From Mobula hypostoma (taxonomy: Eukaryota): a DNA stretch of 64,000 bases. The number at the start of each line of letters is the position of its first letter. The stretch's first letter is position 1. The translations under genes and the position numbers were made by a program. Where the stretch lies: NCBI RefSeq assembly GCF_963921235.1, contig NC_086097.1:226922001-226986000 (forward strand), written 5' to 3'. The notes under the pieces were generated by a model that was not told the DNA's origin, ran no database searches, and worked only from the letters and a program-made list of their open reading frames with translations. Shown here piece by piece: positions 26,408 to 39,634 of this stretch.

Positions 26408-27009
26408 CACAAGCAAGAGAAAGTCATTTGTAGAGGCATTCTGGGTGAAATTCAATGGAGGAGCAGTCAGAAAGATGCTTGGGACCCTGAAGAGACACTG
26501 GGAAGGTTGCATGGTGCGGGGGATATAAGTTGAATAGAAGTGAGCACTAATCACCATTGAAAGGATGACTACTTCATTTCAAAGCTCAGGTATCTTGGCA
26601 ATGAAGGTAGTGGATTAGTTGTGGTTAAGCTCCCTTTAACAGTGAAGCAAGCCTTAAGGCTTTGGTGCATGTGGTCCAAATATTTGTGGATCTCTTGTAT
26701 GTTGAAAAATCATGTTCAGAATGAGAACTGCAATGTACTTTATTGGATCTTGAGGTATTTCTGTATAAATGATCTGTGCACATGGTGGGCCTGAGTAATT
26801 TAAGGAAGTGTGCTAATTTCCATTGGATTTTTTTGCTAAAATTCATTTGGGTGGTACTCAAAACTATTTCTTAATGTGATAGACTATTCAAGCCATCTTT
26901 CACCAAAATCTCAAACATAAAACTAATGGCCCATTATTTTTACTAATTTATTTTTAGTCAACTCAATAAATATGCATTTATCTATTGAAATTAGCTATAT
27001 CTCTACAGT

Positions 27010-30000
27010 TACTCTATTGTTAGGGGGTCAGACAGGCAATTCTGTGGATGCAGGAAAGAAACACGGATGGTAGTTTGCCTCCCAGGTGCTAGGGTCCGGG
27101 ATGTTTTTGATCACGTTCACGATATCCTGAAGTGAGAAGGAGAACAGCCAGAGTTGTTGTACATATTGGTACCAATGACATAGTTATGAAAAGGGAGGAG
27201 GTCCTGAAAACAGGCCACTGGGAGTTAGGAAAGAATTTGAGAAACAGGACCACAAAGGTAGTAATCTCGGGATTACTGCTTGTGCCATGTGACAGTGAGT
27301 ATGAGAATAGAATGAGGTGGAGGATAAATGTGTGGCTGAGGGATTGGAGCAGGGGGCAGGGATTCAGATTTCTGGATTATTGGGACCTCTTTTGGGGCAG
27401 GTGTGACTTGTACAGGGAGGAAGGCAAAAGAGGTGGGGGCATGGCACTGCTGGTCAGAGATAGTGTCACGACTGCAGAAAAGGAGGAAGTCCTGGAGGGA
27501 TTGTCTATGAGAGTCTCTGTGGTTGAAAGTTAGGAACAGGAAGGGGTCAATAACTCTACTGGGTGTTTTTTATAGACCATCCAATAGGAACAGCGACATC
27601 CAGGAGCAGATAGGGAGACAGATTCTGGAAAGATGTAATAATAACAGGGTAGTTGTGGTTGGAGATTTTAGTTTTCCAAATATTGACTGGCATCTTCCTA
27701 GAGCAAGGGGCTTAGATGGTGCGGAGTTTGTTAGGTGTGTTCAGGAAGGTTTCTTGTCACAATATGTAGATAAGCCTACAAGAGGAGAGGCTGTACTTGA
27801 TCTGGTATTGGGAACTGAACCTGGTCAGGTGTCAGGTCTCTCAGTGGGAGAGCATTTTGGAGATAGTGATCATAATTCTATTTACTGTAGTATTGGAGAG
27901 GGATAGGAGAGGACAAGTTACGAAAGCGTTTAATTGGAGTAAGGGGAAATATGAGGCTATCAGGCAGGATTTGGAAGCATAAATTGGAAACAGACATTCT
28001 CAAGGATATGTACGGCAGAAATGTGGCAAATGTTCAGGGGATATTTGCATGGAGTTCTGCATAGGTACGCTCCAATGAGATAAGGAAAACATAGTCGGGT
28101 ACAGGAACCGTGGGGTACAAAGGCTGTAATAAATCTAGTCAAGAAGAAAAGAAAAGCTTACAAAAGGTTCAGAGAGCTAGGTAATTTTAGAGATCTAGAA
28201 GATTATAAGGCTAGCAGGAACGAGCTTAAGAATGAAATTAGGAGAGCCAGAAGGGGCCATGAGAAGGCCTTGGCGGACAGGATTAAGGAAAACCCCAAGG
28301 AATTCTACAAGTATGTGAAGTGCAAGAGGATAAGATGTGAGAGAATTGGACTAATCAAGTGTGACAGTGGAAAAGTGTGCATGGAACCAGAGGAGATAGC
28401 AGAGGTACTAAATGAATGCTTTGCTTCAGTATTCACTCTGGAAAAGGATCTTGGCGATTGTAGGGATGACTTACAGTGGACTGAAAAGCTAGTATATAAA
28501 TATTAAGAAAGAGGATGTGCTGGAGTTTTTGGAAAGTATCAAGTTGGATAAGTCACTGGAACCGGATGAGATGTACCCCAGGCTACTGTGGGAGGCGAGG
28601 ATGTTGCTAAGCCTCTGGGGATGATCTTTGCACCATAAATAGGTACAGGAGAGGTTCCGGAGGATTGGAGGGTTGCGGAAGTTGTTCTCTTATTCAAGAA
28701 AGGGAGTAGGGATAGCTCAGGAAATTATAGACCAGTGAGTCTTACTTCAGTGGTTGGTAAGTTGATGGAAAAGATCCTGAGAGGCAGGATTTATGAACAT
28801 TTGGAGAGGTATAATAATATAGAAGACTCTCTGACTGACCTCCCGGTAACGAACCTTGGCATGGACACGACAATGAATCAAGAAAGTGGCAATACTCTTC
28901 AGAAACCAGCAGCTGGAAATGTTCTTCAGAGCTGTAGGTGTGGCTGGACTAAAGTAACATCAACCCGTGGTCTAAAAATTCATCAAAGACGGAAGAAATA
29001 CTTGAAAATCTCCAACCCAGGGCCCCGCATTGACCAGATGTTGTTAAGAGGAAGGTCAAATCAGTCAGATGAAACTCAGCTGCAGGAAGAAACCAACAGT
29101 CCGCAGAGTATCAGCATCCTACCGGATGTGGAAGAAGTTTCAGGCACAAACAGCAGTCCAAGACACAGCCAGGCACATTGTAAAGTGGAGAGCATGCAAG
29201 GACGTAAACAGTTGGTGAAATGGCCAAAGTCTAACAGCAAGGAGTGGGAAACCATCAATGCAGATGTGAGCCTGATCTTAAGTGGCATCAAGGGATCAGC
29301 AGAAAAGAAGTTGGAGAGGATGGGTGACCTGATGTACAGCTATGGAAAGGAGAAATTTGGAGTGAAGGAATAAGTCAGCAGGAAAGATTGCCTCCTCCCC
29401 CCAAATCCCGTCGTCTCCAGGAAATCCAACGACTTGTTAAAGAAGAGGCCTGAGGAAGTTGTGGAAAAAAGCAACAGCAAAAGAAAGGGAGGGCATCGAC
29501 CTCCTTCAAGAGGACCTAAAACAGAGGCGTTCGAAGCTGCGCAGAGCAGAGAATTTAAGGAAACAACGCAAAAAGAAGGAAAAAGCGAGAACAGACTTCT
29601 ACAAAGATCCCTTTAAATATGTGAAAGGCATTTTCACAAAAGAGAAAAGCAGATACTTGAAAGTATCAAAAGAGGAGGTTGAAAGCCATCTCAGAATCAT
29701 CCACACTGATCAGCGAAAAAATGAATCGATACATGTCCCAGCTGATATCCCACCAATCTCACCCCCACAACATCAATTTAACATCAGCCCTCCTAAGCTG
29801 AGCGAGGTGAAAGAGGCAGTGAAGAAGGCAAGATCAGCATCAGCGCCAGGCCCTAATGGTGTTCCGTATTGTGTTTACAAGAACACCCTGGATGTTCTGA
29901 AATACATTTGGAAAAACATCAGGGTTGCGTGGGAAAAGCAAGTCATCCCCAAAGCCTGGAGAAGAGTGAGGGGGAGTTCTGATTCCAAAAGAAAAGAATT

Positions 30001-33000
30001 CGTCCACCATTGAGCAGTTTGGCCAAATAAACCTCCTGAACATAGAGGGCAAGATCTTTTTCAGCGTGTTGGCGCAAAGACTTACAAAGTATCTGAAACA
30101 AAACCATTTCATTTATATGTCAATCTAAAAGGCTGGCATAGCAGGCTTCTCGGGATGCCATACCAGCGTCATGTGGCATCAAATCCAGATGGCTAAGAAA
30201 GAAAGAAAGGATCTGCATGTCTCGTTCCTTGACCTGGCCAACGCCTATGGGTCGTTTCCTCATTCCCTACTGTGGACCGCTTTTGAATTCTTTCAGATGC
30301 CTGCAACAAAAACAGATCTGGTAAAACACTACTTCCAGGATCTGCAAGTTTGTCTTACAACATCAGACTTCACCACAGCGTGGCAACCACTGGAAGTAGG
30401 CATCATGGCGGGGTGCACCATCTCCCCATTGACCTTTACTATGGCAATGGAGCTCATTATCAGAGCCTCAAGATGGGTTGTGGGATGAAAAGGGCTACAG
30501 TTTGGTCAACGGTTACCACCGATACGAGCCTATATGGACGATATAATAATACTGATGACAACTGTCCCCTGCACCAAGAGACTTCTGGAAAAGCTTCATC
30601 AAAACATCAAATGGGCGAGGATGAAGATCAAACCCAGCAAGTGCAGAAGCATCTCCATTGTCAAAGGTCAAGTTATGGATAAAAGATTTCATTTTGATGG
30701 AACACCTGTCCCAACTGTTTCAGAAATGCCAGTGAAGAGCTTGGGCTGATGGTATGATGCTCAGCTCAAGGACACTGAGCAGTTTAAACAACTCAAAAAG
30801 GATACCATATATATATCTCGCATCAACAAGACCTTGCTGCCAGGGTAACTCAAGCTGTGGTGCTTCCATTTCGGCATACTCCCAAGACTCATGTAGTCTT
30901 TAGCAGTGTATGAAATCCCCATCAGCAAGGTTGAAAAGCTCGAAAGAGTGATCAGCACACATGTAAAACAGTGGCTTGAACTTCCACGATGCTTAAGTCC
31001 TGTTGGACTGTACGGGAACGGCAAATTGAAATTACCAGTTGCAAGTCTTGTGGAAGAATTCAAATGCACAAAAGCAAGGTTGGTCATGACCCTCACTGAA
31101 TCTGAAGATACTGTTATTCGAACAGCGGCCTCCTGTGTAGCAAGAGTGCTAAGTCTGCTCTTCGCTTCAGGGATGTGGTTGGCCAAGTCCAACATGGGAG
31201 AGCTGGTCTTGGGCTCATCCCAAAAGCTCCTCAGTGGCACAAACAACATCAGTGCAGAAGAGACGGCTCGTGGTGGAGGAGTTGAGAAGACAGGAGGAGG
31301 CAGAGTGAAATGCCAGGGCTGTCTCAATGACCAAGCAGGGCCAATGGACTAATTGGGAGAGCCTGGAAAAGAGGAAACTTAGCTGGCGTGACATCTGGGA
31401 GATGGAGGGATCTCGGCTAAGTTTTGTCATCAGAGCCACTTATGACCTCTTACCCACACCCCAGAACCTGAACCAGTGGTGGGGAGAAGATACCGTTTGC
31501 TTTCTTTGTCAAGCACCTGGATCACTAAGGCACATTTTAACAGGATGCACCACGAGCCTCACCCAGGGGTGGTACACTTGGTAGCATAACCAAGTTCTCA
31601 GACAGCTGGCATCAATCTTGGAATAGAGTCAAATCACCACAAATGCTCTCCCACAAACATCGGAAGGAAATGTCCACATCACATGATTTGTACCAGCGGG
31701 CCAACCTCCAGAGCACCATATAACATCAAAAGATGTAAGCATTCTGCAGGTTGCTCAGGATTGAAAAATGGACGTGGACTTGGAAAAAAAGCTTGTGTTT
31801 CCCCCAGGCATTGCGGCTACAAGACTCCGGCCAGACATGGTCCTGTAGTCCACAACAGCCAAGCTGGCATATGTTGTGGAATTGACAGTATCATGGGAAG
31901 ATGGTGTCGAAGAAGCTTATGAAAGGAAAAAAGACCAAGTACTCTGAACTGGCAACTGAAACTGCCCAGAATGGCTGGAAGACCAAGATTTTCCCTGTAG
32001 AAGGGGGATGTGGGGGATTCGTTGCTGCATCTACGACCAGTCTATTGAAGACGATGGGGGTGAGGAGTCACTCCCTCCAATAAGCAGTCAAGCCCTTGTC
32101 AAATGCAGCAGAAGAAAGCAGCAATTAGATTTGGATTAAAAGGAAAGACAACAACAGGGCTGCAAAATGAAGACAGGAGGGTATATAACTGAGGGGGGTG
32201 TATCTGGGACACCAGGTAGCACCGTTGAGCCCTCTGGAGACATCGTGCGCTTATCAACGAAACGTCAAAGAAGGAGGGTGCCCACCTGATGACCCCGATG
32301 ACGTACCTACCTTCCCACCTTGTCACCAATCCAAAGCCACTGCCAACATTGAGAGTGCCGACTTACCATAGGGATTGAAACATCAAGTCCTAGTAGCTCT
32401 ACTCTACTGATTAGGAATAGTCAGCATGGCTTTGTGAAAGTCAGGCCATGCCTTACAAGCCTGATTGAATTTTTTGAAGATGTGACTAAACACATATTTA
32501 TGATGGTAGAGCAGTAGATGAGGTCTATATGGATTTCAGCATGGAATTTGATAAGGTACCCCATGCAAGGCTTATTGAGAAAGTAAAGAGGCATGGGATC
32601 CAAGCGGACATTGCTTTGTGGATCCGGAACTGGCTTGCCCACAGAAGGCAAAGAGTGGTTGTAGACGGGTCATATTCTGCATGGAGGTCGGTGACCAGTG
32701 GTGCGCCTCAGGAATCTGTTCTGGGACCCCTACTCTACGTGATTTTCATAAATGACCTGGATGAGGAAGTGGAGGAATGGGTTAGTAAATTTGCTGATGA
32801 CACAAAGGTTGGGGGTGTTGTAGATAGTGTGGAGGGCTGTCAGTGGTTATAGCAGGACATTGATAGGATGCAAAACTGGGCTGAGGGAGATGGAATTCAG
32901 CCCAGATAAGTGTGTGGTGGTTCATTTTGGTAGGTCAAATATAATGGCAGAATATAGTATTAATGGTAAGACTTTTGGCAGTGTGGAGGATCAGAGGGAT

Positions 33001-33665
33001 CTTGGGGTCTGAGTCCATAGGACACTCAAAGCTAGTACGCAGGTTGACTCTGTGGTTAAGAAAGCATACAGTTCATTGGCCTTCATCAGTTGTGGTATTG
33101 AGTTCAAGAGCCGAGAGGTTAATGTTGCAGCTATATAGGGCCCTGGTCAGACCCCATTTGGAGTATTGTGCTGAGTTCTGGTCGCCTCGCTACAGAAAGG
33201 ATGTGGTGCAGAGGGGGTTTACAAGGTTGTTGCCTGGATGGGAGAGCATGCCTTATAAGAATAGGTTGAGTGAACTTGGCCTTTTCTCCTTGGAGCGACG
33301 GAGAATGAGAGGTGACCTGATAGAGGTGTATAAGATGATGAGAGGCATTGATCATGTGGATAGTCAGAGGCTTTTTCCCAGGGCTGAAATGGCTAACACG
33401 AGAGGGCACGGTTTCAAGGTGCTAGGAGATGTTAGGGGTAAGTTTTTTACACAGAGAGTGGTGAATGCGCGAAATGGGCTGCCGGTGATGGTGGTGGAGG
33501 CAGATACGATAGGTTCTTTTAAGAGACTCCTGGATAGGTACATGGAGTTTAGAAAAATAGAGGGCTATGGGTAACCTTAGGTAATTTCTAAAGTAAGTAC
33601 ATGGTCGGTACAGCCTTGCTTACCGAAGTGCCTGTATTGTACTGTAGGCTTTCTATGTTTTTATA
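27010..33665 (+). mobile_element. CR1 (partial ORF1 esterase + ORF2) interrupted by a Hero element
   Basis: HIGTNDI, VGDFSFPNIDW, SLTSVVGK and SKFADDTK; RT resumes at 32408. Confidence 0.93.
28817..32407 (+). mobile_element. Hero-like (R2 superfamily) non-LTR retrotransposon with restriction-like endonuclease, decayed
   Basis: N-terminal CRCGW...GLKIH zinc finger; RT motifs SAPGPNG, LDLANAYGS, GIMAGCTISP, YMDD; CCHC knuckle CFLC...HILTGC; LRPDMV...VELTV...KTKYSEL endonuclease. Confidence 0.9.
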
Positions 33666-33797
33666 TCATCGTTCAACTACTTTTGGCAACACTAATTACA
33701 ACTGTAACCCTCTCTTCTGGGCTCATACTCAATCTTGACTTGTTAGCTTATTCTGCTAACAGCCACAAGATTCAGCCGTGAGAAGGCCACCTTTCAT

Positions 33798-33821
33798 AAT
33801 ATATATATATATATATATATA
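33798..33821. repeat. (TA)n microsatellite
   Basis: Read directly from the sequence. Confidence 0.9.
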
Positions 33822-33900
33822 GTTGGTATGATTGGGGGTTCTACCATACAGGAACATTGTGATGTTCCAATTAAAAGAACCTTGATTTGAGCAAATTCTG

Positions 33901-34544
33901 TGTAAGTATTACCCATGGGCAGTTAGCGGTATCCCGGAAATGACAGATCATACACCAGCATAAAATTTTAGAAGTATTTTTACCAAATTTTCAATGTTAA
34001 CAAACAGTTGCAGAAAAATAAAAGGGCCCATTAAAGTTAAACCAGTCCATTGTGCACATAAGTGTTTGAACACATTCTGGAGTAGTTAGGGGTATATCTG
34101 TTACTCATGTGTTAGACCCACAGTCTGCGTGAAAGCACCCACCACATTCTTATTATCCCTAGAAGACAAACTTGAACAAACTGGCTATCACTCAGGAGCA
34201 TTGGCCCTTCCTCCTCGTAGCCATTCATCTGCACAGAACATTTCTTGCAAAGGGGACGCCTTCCTACGGCATTCTGTAGCACCTTCCCTTGTGTACCGCT
34301 CTGCAGCTCCTGCCAAAAGACCCCAAACCAGACTACTGTCCTTCAGAAAACTCTTCCTCACAGCTCACTGAAAGCTTCTCTCACATCCCACAATCCTGAT
34401 TGGCTCACACATGGTCAACATGGCTCCCTATCTTTAGTGAAGCCAAAGCACTCTTTCCAGCATGGCACACTGCTTTTACAGAAAACTGTTAAAATAAACT
34501 ACCTCATAGCACAGCAGAAGAAACCTTAGCCAGGGACTTAAACA
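33901..34544. mobile_element. Possible solo LTR
   Basis: Termini tgtaag...cttaaaca around ~640 bp of non-coding DNA; no TSD confirmed. Confidence 0.45.
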
Positions 34545-34589
34545 CTTATGGCAATGGTAATTCATTTGTTGAAGCAACAAGATGTAGAA

Positions 34590-34755
34590 TAACAAACACA
34601 GAAATGCTACAAGAACCCAGAGGGTCAAACCGTAGTCAAAGAACAACTCGAGAGTTCTGATGAAGGAACTTCAACTCAAAAAATTAATTATTTTCTCATT
34701 CCATTGATACTGAATGACTGTTGCTGCAGTCCCAAAATCTGCAGTTTTATTTGCT
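34590..34755. mobile_element. Very degraded inverted pair of PLE terminal-repeat pieces
   Basis: aacacagaaatgct... followed by gttctgatgaagg... Confidence 0.45.
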
Positions 34756-34809
34756 TTCCAAGATGTAGGTTAACTTGTACTTTAAATTCAGATTTTTAAT
34801 GATGTTGCC

Positions 34810-35713
34810 ATATGTACACCTAAAGGATACGTGCTTAGCCCATTACTCTACTCATGACTGTGTGCCAGGCACAGCTCAAACCTCACCTATGCATTCATCA
34901 GAGGTATTATTGTTGTTCGTAGGACCTCTGATGGTTTGAGGATATGTATAGGAGTACGATAGATCAATGTCTGAGTGGTGTTGCAACAGCAATCTAGCAC
35001 TCAGCATTAGTAAAACTAAGGAATTGATTGTGTATTTCAGGAGGAGAAGTTGGGAGTGTATTCTGATGTGTATTCATCAGTCTTCATTGAGGGGTCATTG
35101 GTGGAAAGGGTTAATAGCTTCAAGCTCCTTTGCATCAACATCCTGATCCCATTGATGCAGTCACAAAGAAGGTGTTTGTGAATATTTGACGTCACCGAAG
35201 ACTGTAGCGAATTTCTACAGATGTACAGTGGAGAACTTTCTGACTGATTGCCTGGTACAGAGGCTCCAACGTGCAGGATCAAAAGAGGCAGCAGATGGTT
35301 AGGCAGCTCCATCATGGGCACTAGCCTCCCCAGCATCCAGGACACCTTCAAAAGGTAATGCCCTAAATAAGAGGCATCCATCATTAAGGACCGCCATTAT
35401 GCAGGACATGCTGTCTTCTCATTGCTACTGTCAAGGAGGTACAGGAGCCTGAAAATATACACTCAATGTTTCAAAAACAGTTTCTTCCCGTATGCCATGA
35501 GATTTCTGAATGGACATTCAACCCATGAATTCTACCTCAGTACTTTTTCCTCTCCTTTTAGCACTACTTAGTTAATTTAATTTTTATTTTTTTAAATATA
35601 TACTACTTAGTGTAATTTATGGTTTTAATTATTATGTATTGCGGTGTACTTTTGCTGGAAAACAACAAATTTCATGACATATGCCAATGATATTAAACCT
35701 GATTCTGATTCTG
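34810..35713 (+). mobile_element. Rex1/Babar LINE 3' part
   Basis: Remnant PKGYVLSPLLYS of the PQGCVLSPLL motif; tail taaacctgattctgattctga. Confidence 0.75.
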
Positions 35714-35714
35714 A

Positions 35715-36740
35715 TCCCTCCCCGCCAGTGAGGACATCTTCCAAAGGACATCTGCCTTAAGGAAGCAACATCTGTCATTAAGGTCCCTCATCATCCGAGA
35801 CATGCCCTCATCTCATTACTACTATTGGGCAGGATGTAAAGAAGAATAAAGATCTATACTCAACTTTTCAGGAAAGGCTTCTTCCACTGTGCCATCAGAT
35901 TTATGAACAGTCCATGAACCCATGAACTGGTACGAGGGGAGGAGAAGATGGCGGCACAACGCGGTGTGCGCAGCCGCTCCGAAATGGTATTGTATGTGTT
36001 AACTAGGGGCCATGCACAATCCTGATTTGATGGAGACGGACGTGAGAAGCACGGAGGAACACCTGGAGAAACTTCTGAAATGCCTGCTTCGCTGCCGCTG
36101 CTACTGTGCGATCCAGAATCTCCAGAGGGGAAGGCCCCAAATCCTCGGCTTTGCCTATTGCCTGTTGCCGGGGCCAGGGTTGAAGCACTCGGCAGAGATG
36201 GTGTTTGGTGCTCGGTGTCGGAGTGCTGGTCGGAGGCTAGAAGTTTTTGGACGGACTCAAGAGTCGGCTGTGGTCGGGTGCTTCCAGGATGCTGCATCGG
36301 CAAGTTTGCAGCGCTGGAAGCTCATGGCAGGAAGAGTTTTTTTTCTTCCTTCTACCATCTGCGTGAGATGATGGGACTTTCGAGAGACTTTGAGACTTTT
36401 TTTTTACTGTGCCCATGGTCTGTTCTTCATCAAATTACCGTATTGCTTTGCACTGTTGTAACTATATGTAATAATTATGTGTTTTTTGTCAGTTTTTCAG
36501 TCGGTTTGTCTTGTGTTTCTGCGATATCATTCTGGAGAAACATTGTATCATTTAATGCACGCATTACTAAATGGCAATAAAAGAGGACTGCGTGTCCTCA
36601 TAATCTAATCTAACATTACCTCGTTTTCCTTTGCACTATTTATTTTTGTAACTTATAACAATTTTTATGTCTTGCACTGTACTTCCACAAAAAATGTCTC
36701 AACATATGTCAGTGATAATAAAACTGAGTCTGATACTAAT
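35715..36740 (+). mobile_element. Second Rex1/Babar 3' fragment split by an insertion
   Basis: Repeats the 35330-35710 sequence; tail resumes after 36613. Confidence 0.65.
35933..36613 (+). mobile_element. ~680 bp non-autonomous retroelement (copy 2)
   Basis: CpG-rich; starts ggaggagaagatggcggc; ends aataaaagaggactgcgtgtcctcataatctaatctaa; homolog of 1330-1950. Confidence 0.75.
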
Positions 36741-36942
36741 AAATAACAGGCACATTAATAGGGAAGGTAAGAAAATAGCATTTAAAAAAATATTTATTCT
36801 TCTTTACTTTGAGAAGACAGGGATGTCTGACATTTCTTCTTTCTACAGCTGCTGTTAGTACCATTGTGTGATCGTAGAATATGTTTTTTTTGTGGTATGA
36901 AGGTTCGTGCCAGTTTTTTGTATTGAAGTTGTTGCTGTTGAA

Positions 36943-36960
36943 TACTCCATCTAGTGGCTG
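36943..36960 (-). promoter_or_regulatory. Candidate CTCF site
   Basis: Reverse complement cagCCACTAGATGGagta is close to the CCASYAGRKGGC consensus; lies in unique DNA. Confidence 0.35.
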
Positions 36961-37241
36961 GGACTGGAAATGGCCAGTATGTGAAAACAGGTGATTCTAT
37001 TTTAGTGAAGTTACATTTTAAAGTTTATTTCCATATTTACTTTTTATAGCTTAAATGGCTAGAACTTTCTTCTTTCTGGAGGTCATATTTCTTAAAATAA
37101 GTTTGAAAATTCTGATCTGCCATGTTTCTTAGCATTTTGCTAGACCCATTGACACCTGTCTTTAGTGAGTCAGAGAAAATGCACAGTACCTTAATAATAG
37201 CATTATATAATGTAAAGCAATTTATTACATATTTTCCCTAG

Positions 37242-37283
37242 AATTCTCTGTCCTTGAGCACCCAGAAGAATCTAGGGTACAAG
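37242..37283 (+). CDS. Candidate host-gene exon B, 42 nt (NSLSLSTQKNLGYK in phase 0)
   Basis: Acceptor attttccctag; donor AAG|gtaatt; length a multiple of 3; two frames open. Confidence 0.45.
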
Positions 37284-38929
37284 GTAATTCCTATGTACCT
37301 CATTTTAGTAAATCTGGTTCTGGTAAAATTTGACAGGTCATATTAATATCACCTGAAAAGTCAAGAATTTTCCTAAGATTTTGAACAAATTTTTTCCCTA
37401 ACACAAATTAAACCAAATTTATCAAGTATGACAGAGAAATCAGGAACACTAAAATTATAAGATAAGAATTTACAGCAATGCAGTTTTTAATTATTTCATG
37501 TGATTCAAGGGATTTCTTAATGGAGGATTAAAATCCTACAAATAGAGCACAAGGCAAACCCAGACTCTGCACAGAGCAAGAGATTAACATATAGGTGAAG
37601 TTAGTTTTGGTGTAGGAAGTCATAACTGGTAAGTTTGTTTTCATCTATAATGCAGAGGCTTTATGAATTAATGTCTAATCTTCAAGCCTGTAAAACATGT
37701 TGCTTAAAGTTTAGAAATCAGTCAGTCATTTTCATTTTATTTGTTAGGTATTAGTCTTAAACATGAAGAATATGATCACTCAGTTGGTATAAAATTGTTG
37801 GCTATTGCTGGTGACTCCAACCACAACTGCTGGCAATTTGCTTCTTGGTCATAAATTTAAGATTTCTGTGCATGTGCCGTCAAATGTGGAAAGCTTGGAC
37901 TTACCAGAGCACCAAGCCAGCTACTTTGGTTCACTGCTGCACTAAGCAGTGGAGCCCAGTCTTGCTGAGATTCCCCAGAATTTGTATTGTATCATGTACC
38001 AGATCAGACCTGCTACAAAATCTACATGAGCTTCAGTGCGGACTGTATGGCTGTGGATGCAACAAAGAGAGAAAGGTGTCCCATTTTTAAAATTATTTAA
38101 CTTCAATAGTATTGGATTGTAAAGTGAGAATCTAAGCCTTTGAAGGTGGGGCTTTCTTACTGGTTCTTCCACTGTCTATTCTATACTGGAATGTGGGATG
38201 TTCTAGGCTCCCCGCATCCATGTCAATTAAGTACAGACCTAGAGAGATTATGAGCAGTCAAAAACTTAGACATTCTTGAACATTTTCTCCAGATAGATGA
38301 CACTTGGAGATAAAATTTAGCTGGGCAGTTGTGTCATAGAATAGAAGACGTAAGGCACAGAAACAGATCTGGCCCACCATTCCTTGCTGATTATCAGAGT
38401 AAGTTCAACATAATCGTTTACCGGGATATATTGGTTTTATTCAGTCATCTGCAATAATGATTTTTTTCTTCTAGCTTGTAGCATTTTCTAATAAAAGTAA
38501 TAATAACCATTTTAACATTGGTATTCTTACAGATAGATTGTTCCATTTTTATCATCTTTCTGGATTGAAACTTGTAATGATTTTTTTTCCCAAATTGCTC
38601 AGAGGTCAGTGGGGTAAGGATTAATTAATAATGTTATTGCTCATGCTGATTATTCAAAGGCTGTAATGAGCCCAGATGGAAGATAAGACACTGTTCTTCA
38701 AGCTTACTTTGGGCCTCACTGGAACAATGTTAGAAACTACAGTCAAGTAGATCAGAGCACGAATAAAAAGGTGAATTCAAGTGACAGGCAATGAGAAGCT
38801 CAAGAAATTCAACAATTTCATTTAAATCTCTTTCTGTTTGTACCATAACTGACTAGTTTTGTGTAAGTTATCCATTTGTAATGTTTGCTCATTTTTTTTC
38901 TTTCCCTATTACTTCATGCTATTATTTAG

Positions 38930-39505
38930 TAGTTGACGAAAGTGATTCCAGGATTGAATGGCTTATCATATGAAGAGAGTTTGATGGCTCTGGGGCTGTA
39001 TTCACTGGAATTCAGAAGAATGAGGGGTGACATTATTGAAACCTATAAAATAGTGAAAGGCCTTGACAAAGTGGATGTGGATAGCATGTTTCCAACGGTG
39101 GGAGAGTCTAAGACTAGAGGACACAGCTTCAGATTAGAGGGACATTCTTTTCGAACAGAGATGAGGAAGAATTTCTTAAGCCAGAGAGTGGTGAATCTGT
39201 GGATTTTTGTTGCCACAGGCAGATGGAGAGGCCAAGTCTTTATGTATATATAAAGCAAAGCTTGATAAAATCTCTTACTATCTCTTCTTTCAGTTAGTCC
39301 TGACGAAGGGTCTCGGCCCGAAACATCGACAGTACCTCTTCCTATAGATGTTGCCTGCCCTGCTGCATTCACCAGCATTTTTCTTATGTGTCTTGCTTGA
39401 ATTTCCAGCATCTGCAGATTTCCTCGTGTTTGCTTGATAGATGCTGATTTGTCAGGGCATGGAAGGATACAGAGAGAACGCAGGAGAGCTGAGGGTGAAC
39501 TTGCA
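38930..39505 (+). mobile_element. CR1 3' fragment
   Basis: LGLYSLEFRRMRGDIIETYKI...TRGHSF. Confidence 0.88.
39268..39431 (+). mobile_element. PLE family A mini-insertion with hammerhead at 39296-39331
   Basis: TSD gcttgata at 39260-39267 and 39432-39439; GTC-CTGACGA-agggtctcggccc-GAAA-catc-GAC. Confidence 0.9.
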
Positions 39506-39532
39506 GGTTTAAAAGTAGATGATATAATATGT

Positions 39533-39634
39533 CGACTGCGCCTCTTCCTATAGATGCTGCCTGGCCTGCTGCGTTCACCAGCAACTTTGATGTGTGTTGC
39601 TTGAATTTCCAGCATCTGCAGAATTCCTGTTGTT
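39533..39634 (+). mobile_element. PLE family A mini-insertion starting at the hammerhead cleavage site
   Basis: 13-bp TSD tgatataatatgt at 39520-39532 and 39635-39647; insert begins c-gactgcg. Confidence 0.9.

Noticed and set aside
27132..27533. Esterase-endonuclease fusion ORF
   Set aside because: Result of an internal deletion at ~27411 in a dead CR1 copy
28735..29373. 212-aa ORF that looks like a novel gene
   Set aside because: Chance in-frame fusion of CR1 RT sequence to the Hero 5' end at the insertion junction
36012..36371. Peptide shared with 1416-1637 (STEEHLEK) as a coding ORF
   Set aside because: The reading frames diverge soon after the motif; nucleotide homology of a repeat explains the match
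37903..38010. Minus-strand exon-like segment (cag ... gtaagt)
   Set aside because: Stops in all three frames; at most a non-coding exon, with no other support
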